Shown here piece by piece: positions 15,858 through 17,567 of a stretch of DNA of 17,567 nt. Location of the stretch: the NCBI GenBank assembly GCA_016930515.1, contig JAFGGO010000089.1:1-17567 (forward strand). Direction: 5' to 3'. This DNA is from Promethearchaeota archaeon. GTDB lineage: Archaea; Asgardarchaeota; Lokiarchaeia; Sigyniarchaeales; SOKP01. The notes under the pieces were generated by a model that saw nothing but the letters and a program-made list of their open reading frames with translations, made no database searches and was not told the origin of the DNA. Numbering within the stretch: the stretch's first letter is position 1; each line of letters begins with the position of its first letter. A program made the translations under genes and the position numbers.

Positions 15858-16874
15858 ATGAACGAAGAAGAAAACACGAATTTTATAAGAAAGACAGAAT
15901 CTCTTGTAAAACCTAAAGATGTAACAACTATTAGTTATTTGAGTGGTAGCATTAAAAAGCTACCAAATAAAATACAATATAAGTTCATGCAGAGCGGCAA
16001 GAAAAAAGTGCCTTATATGGGATTCATAGTAGATCCCTATAGCGTATTTCTATCTTTTAAGATTACAAATACTTTAGCAGCACAAGAAATGCTTCCCGAT
16101 GGATATGAATTAGCGGAAACTTCATTTTATAACAATGATGCAAAGATTCCGATGGCAATTGCAAGCGTATTTCACGCTCGAACATCAGGCTTTATTGGAA
16201 TGCGAGCAGAATTTTATGTTATTGCTCGTAATAAAGAAACTGGGCTATTATCTTGGATCATTTGTGATTATGAAACAAACACTAACAGCTATGACCCAAA
16301 AAATGGATTTTGTGGGTATACTTGTGATCCATCCATATACACAATCACCCCCTTTGGCAAGTTAATGCTTGATATTAAGAATCCTAGCCACAATAAAGAA
16401 TTTATTGTATTGGTTGACTTAAAAAAAGGAAATTCAAGGGAATTGGACGAATCTCTCTGGATTGAAGGAAATCTTACTGTCGATTATGGCGGCGAGTTAA
16501 AAAGTGATTTATCAGAGCCTTTTAGCCTCATTTTTGACCCAGATATGTTGAAAGATGCGTTAAGCATACCCATACAATGTGTTTCAATCATCTCAAACTC
16601 CTATCTGGCTAATATTATTGATTCTTCAAAACCAGTAGATACTCTTATCTTTCCTTATAGTCAACACTTCATTATTAAGCAGGACCTAAAGAAGCACGGG
16701 ATTCAAAGTCAAAGTGAATTAGATCATCAAATAAGATCGTTCCTTAGCAGAACTGGATTTAAAACCATGTCTGGTGATGATATAAAAAAGCCAATGAAAG
16801 CGATGAACTTAATTTGTTTTCTATCACTTATTAGTATAATTGTGTATTTACTGATAAGACTCTATCTCTTATAA
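15858..16874 (+). CDS. Hypothetical protein with C-terminal TM anchor (paralog B)
   Basis: 338-aa ORF collinear with 14816..15820 along its whole length, with a C-terminal hydrophobic helix. Confidence 0.7.
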   Translation: MNEEENTNFIRKTESLVKPKDVTTISYLSGSIKKLPNKIQYKFMQSGKKKVPYMGFIVDPYSVFLSFKITNTLAAQEMLPDGYELAETSFYNNDAKIPMAIASVFHARTSGFIGMRAEFYVIARNKETGLLSWIICDYETNTNSYDPKNGFCGYTCDPSIYTITPFGKLMLDIKNPSHNKEFIVLVDLKKGNSRELDESLWIEGNLTVDYGGELKSDLSEPFSLIFDPDMLKDALSIPIQCVSIISNSYLANIIDSSKPVDTLIFPYSQHFIIKQDLKKHGIQSQSELDHQIRSFLSRTGFKTMSGDDIKKPMKAMNLICFLSLISIIVYLLIRLYLL

Positions 16875-16887
16875 TTTTGGAAAAAAC

Positions 16888-17567
16888 TCATTTTTTATTT
16901 TTCATTAATTTTTTAGCCGCTGCCAATCCTGTAAGGATAGCAATGGGTATTCCAGAAGGACTATATACCCATTGACCAGCTTGAAGTATATTTGGAATTG
17001 GAGTTTTCACTGCTTTAGTCATTTTAAAAATATCTTGAACTACAGGGACGGGATTTTGAAATGTCCAACCTGTAATTGCTCCTTCAGAGCTTCCAACTCT
17101 TTTTGAAATGCTGATGGGTGATAATGAAAAGCGAAAGAGAATCTTATCCTTGATTTTAGGGTATATCGATTTTGATAGAATCTCTAACATGTGATTCTCA
17201 ACTTCTATTTTAAATTCTTCGTACCATCCTCCCTCTTGAACCTTTTTAATAAGATCATATTCAAAAAAAATGTTTGCTATTAATCCAGTCTTTCCTTTTG
17301 GAGCTAAGGTGGGATCTCTAAGCCCTGGAATGGAAATTTCATAGGTATTGAGTTTGCAATACTCGTCCAACCAACGCAAAATGACTTCTTTGGGAGTTGT
17401 TTCGAAATTATTAATAATTGATCTTAATGTAGTCCAAGTTGATTCTCCTAAACCTTTTTTAGAGGGTGTATAAAAAAAATGACCGTTCGAGATTGATTGA
17501 AATTTGTCAAGAGGTTCTTCTATCGCTAGAAATAAAGAAAAGACTGAATCTCCGCCTCGATTCGATA
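16888..17567 (-). CDS. Phytoene desaturase-family FAD oxidoreductase, C-terminal part (5' end outside window)
   Basis: The frame stays open from 17379 to the window edge (SNRGGDSVFSLFLAIEEP...GHFFYTP). Motifs DPTLAPKGKTGL, GAITGW and TPIPNILQAGQWVYSPSGIPIAILTG. Confidence 0.85.
   Translation of the reverse strand, partial: SNRGGDSVFSLFLAIEEPLDKFQSISNGHFFYTPSKKGLGESTWTTLRSIINNFETTPKEVILRWLDEYCKLNTYEISIPGLRDPTLAPKGKTGLIANIFFEYDLIKKVQEGGWYEEFKIEVENHMLEILSKSIYPKIKDKILFRFSLSPISISKRVGSSEGAITGWTFQNPVPVVQDIFKMTKAVKTPIPNILQAGQWVYSPSGIPIAILTGLAAAKKLMKNKK

Noticed and set aside
8679-16365. Short ORFs 8679..8861, 9538..9822, 10410..10613, 10692..10985 and 16135..16365
   Set aside because: Shadow ORFs of stronger genes.
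17377-17379. TTG start for the last ORF
   Set aside because: The reading frame continues without a stop to the window edge, so the true start lies outside the window.
14650-17567. Integrated element at the tRNA-Pro 3' end
   Set aside because: No integrase and no duplicated tRNA 3' end (att site) visible in the window. It cannot be excluded beyond the window edge.
65-17567. A single lipid-biosynthesis cluster (RhlA-like, KDSR-like, LpxH-like, CrtI-like)
   Set aside because: The genes are kilobases apart, on different strands and separated by housekeeping genes. No operon evidence.

Overview
AT-rich archaeal DNA, most likely from an Asgard archaeon of the Lokiarchaeia type. This is inferred from archaeal eS8, SRP19, proteasome beta and HypA, an intron-containing tRNA, a longin-like domain and an LRR-TIR protein. 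Housekeeping genes are interleaved with accessory genes. Main points: (1) a soluble LRR-TIR protein (about 17 LRRs joined directly to a TIR that keeps its catalytic Glu) followed by a co-oriented calcineurin-like metallophosphoesterase, next to a tRNA-Pro(GGG); (2) two copies of a module made of a TrmB-type HTH regulator with a non-canonical C-terminal domain facing a divergent SAM methyltransferase, both carrying a TGTCR-N8-YGACA palindrome; (3) a CBS-pair/longin-like fusion; (4) a 30-nt non-canonical (43/44) tRNA intron; (5) RhlA/PhaG-like and KDSR-like acyl-lipid enzymes; (6) a GyrI-like pseudogene missed by the ORF track; (7) a tandem pair of tail-anchored paralogs converging on a partial phytoene-desaturase-family gene. 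All family assignments come from motif recognition by eye; no searches were run.
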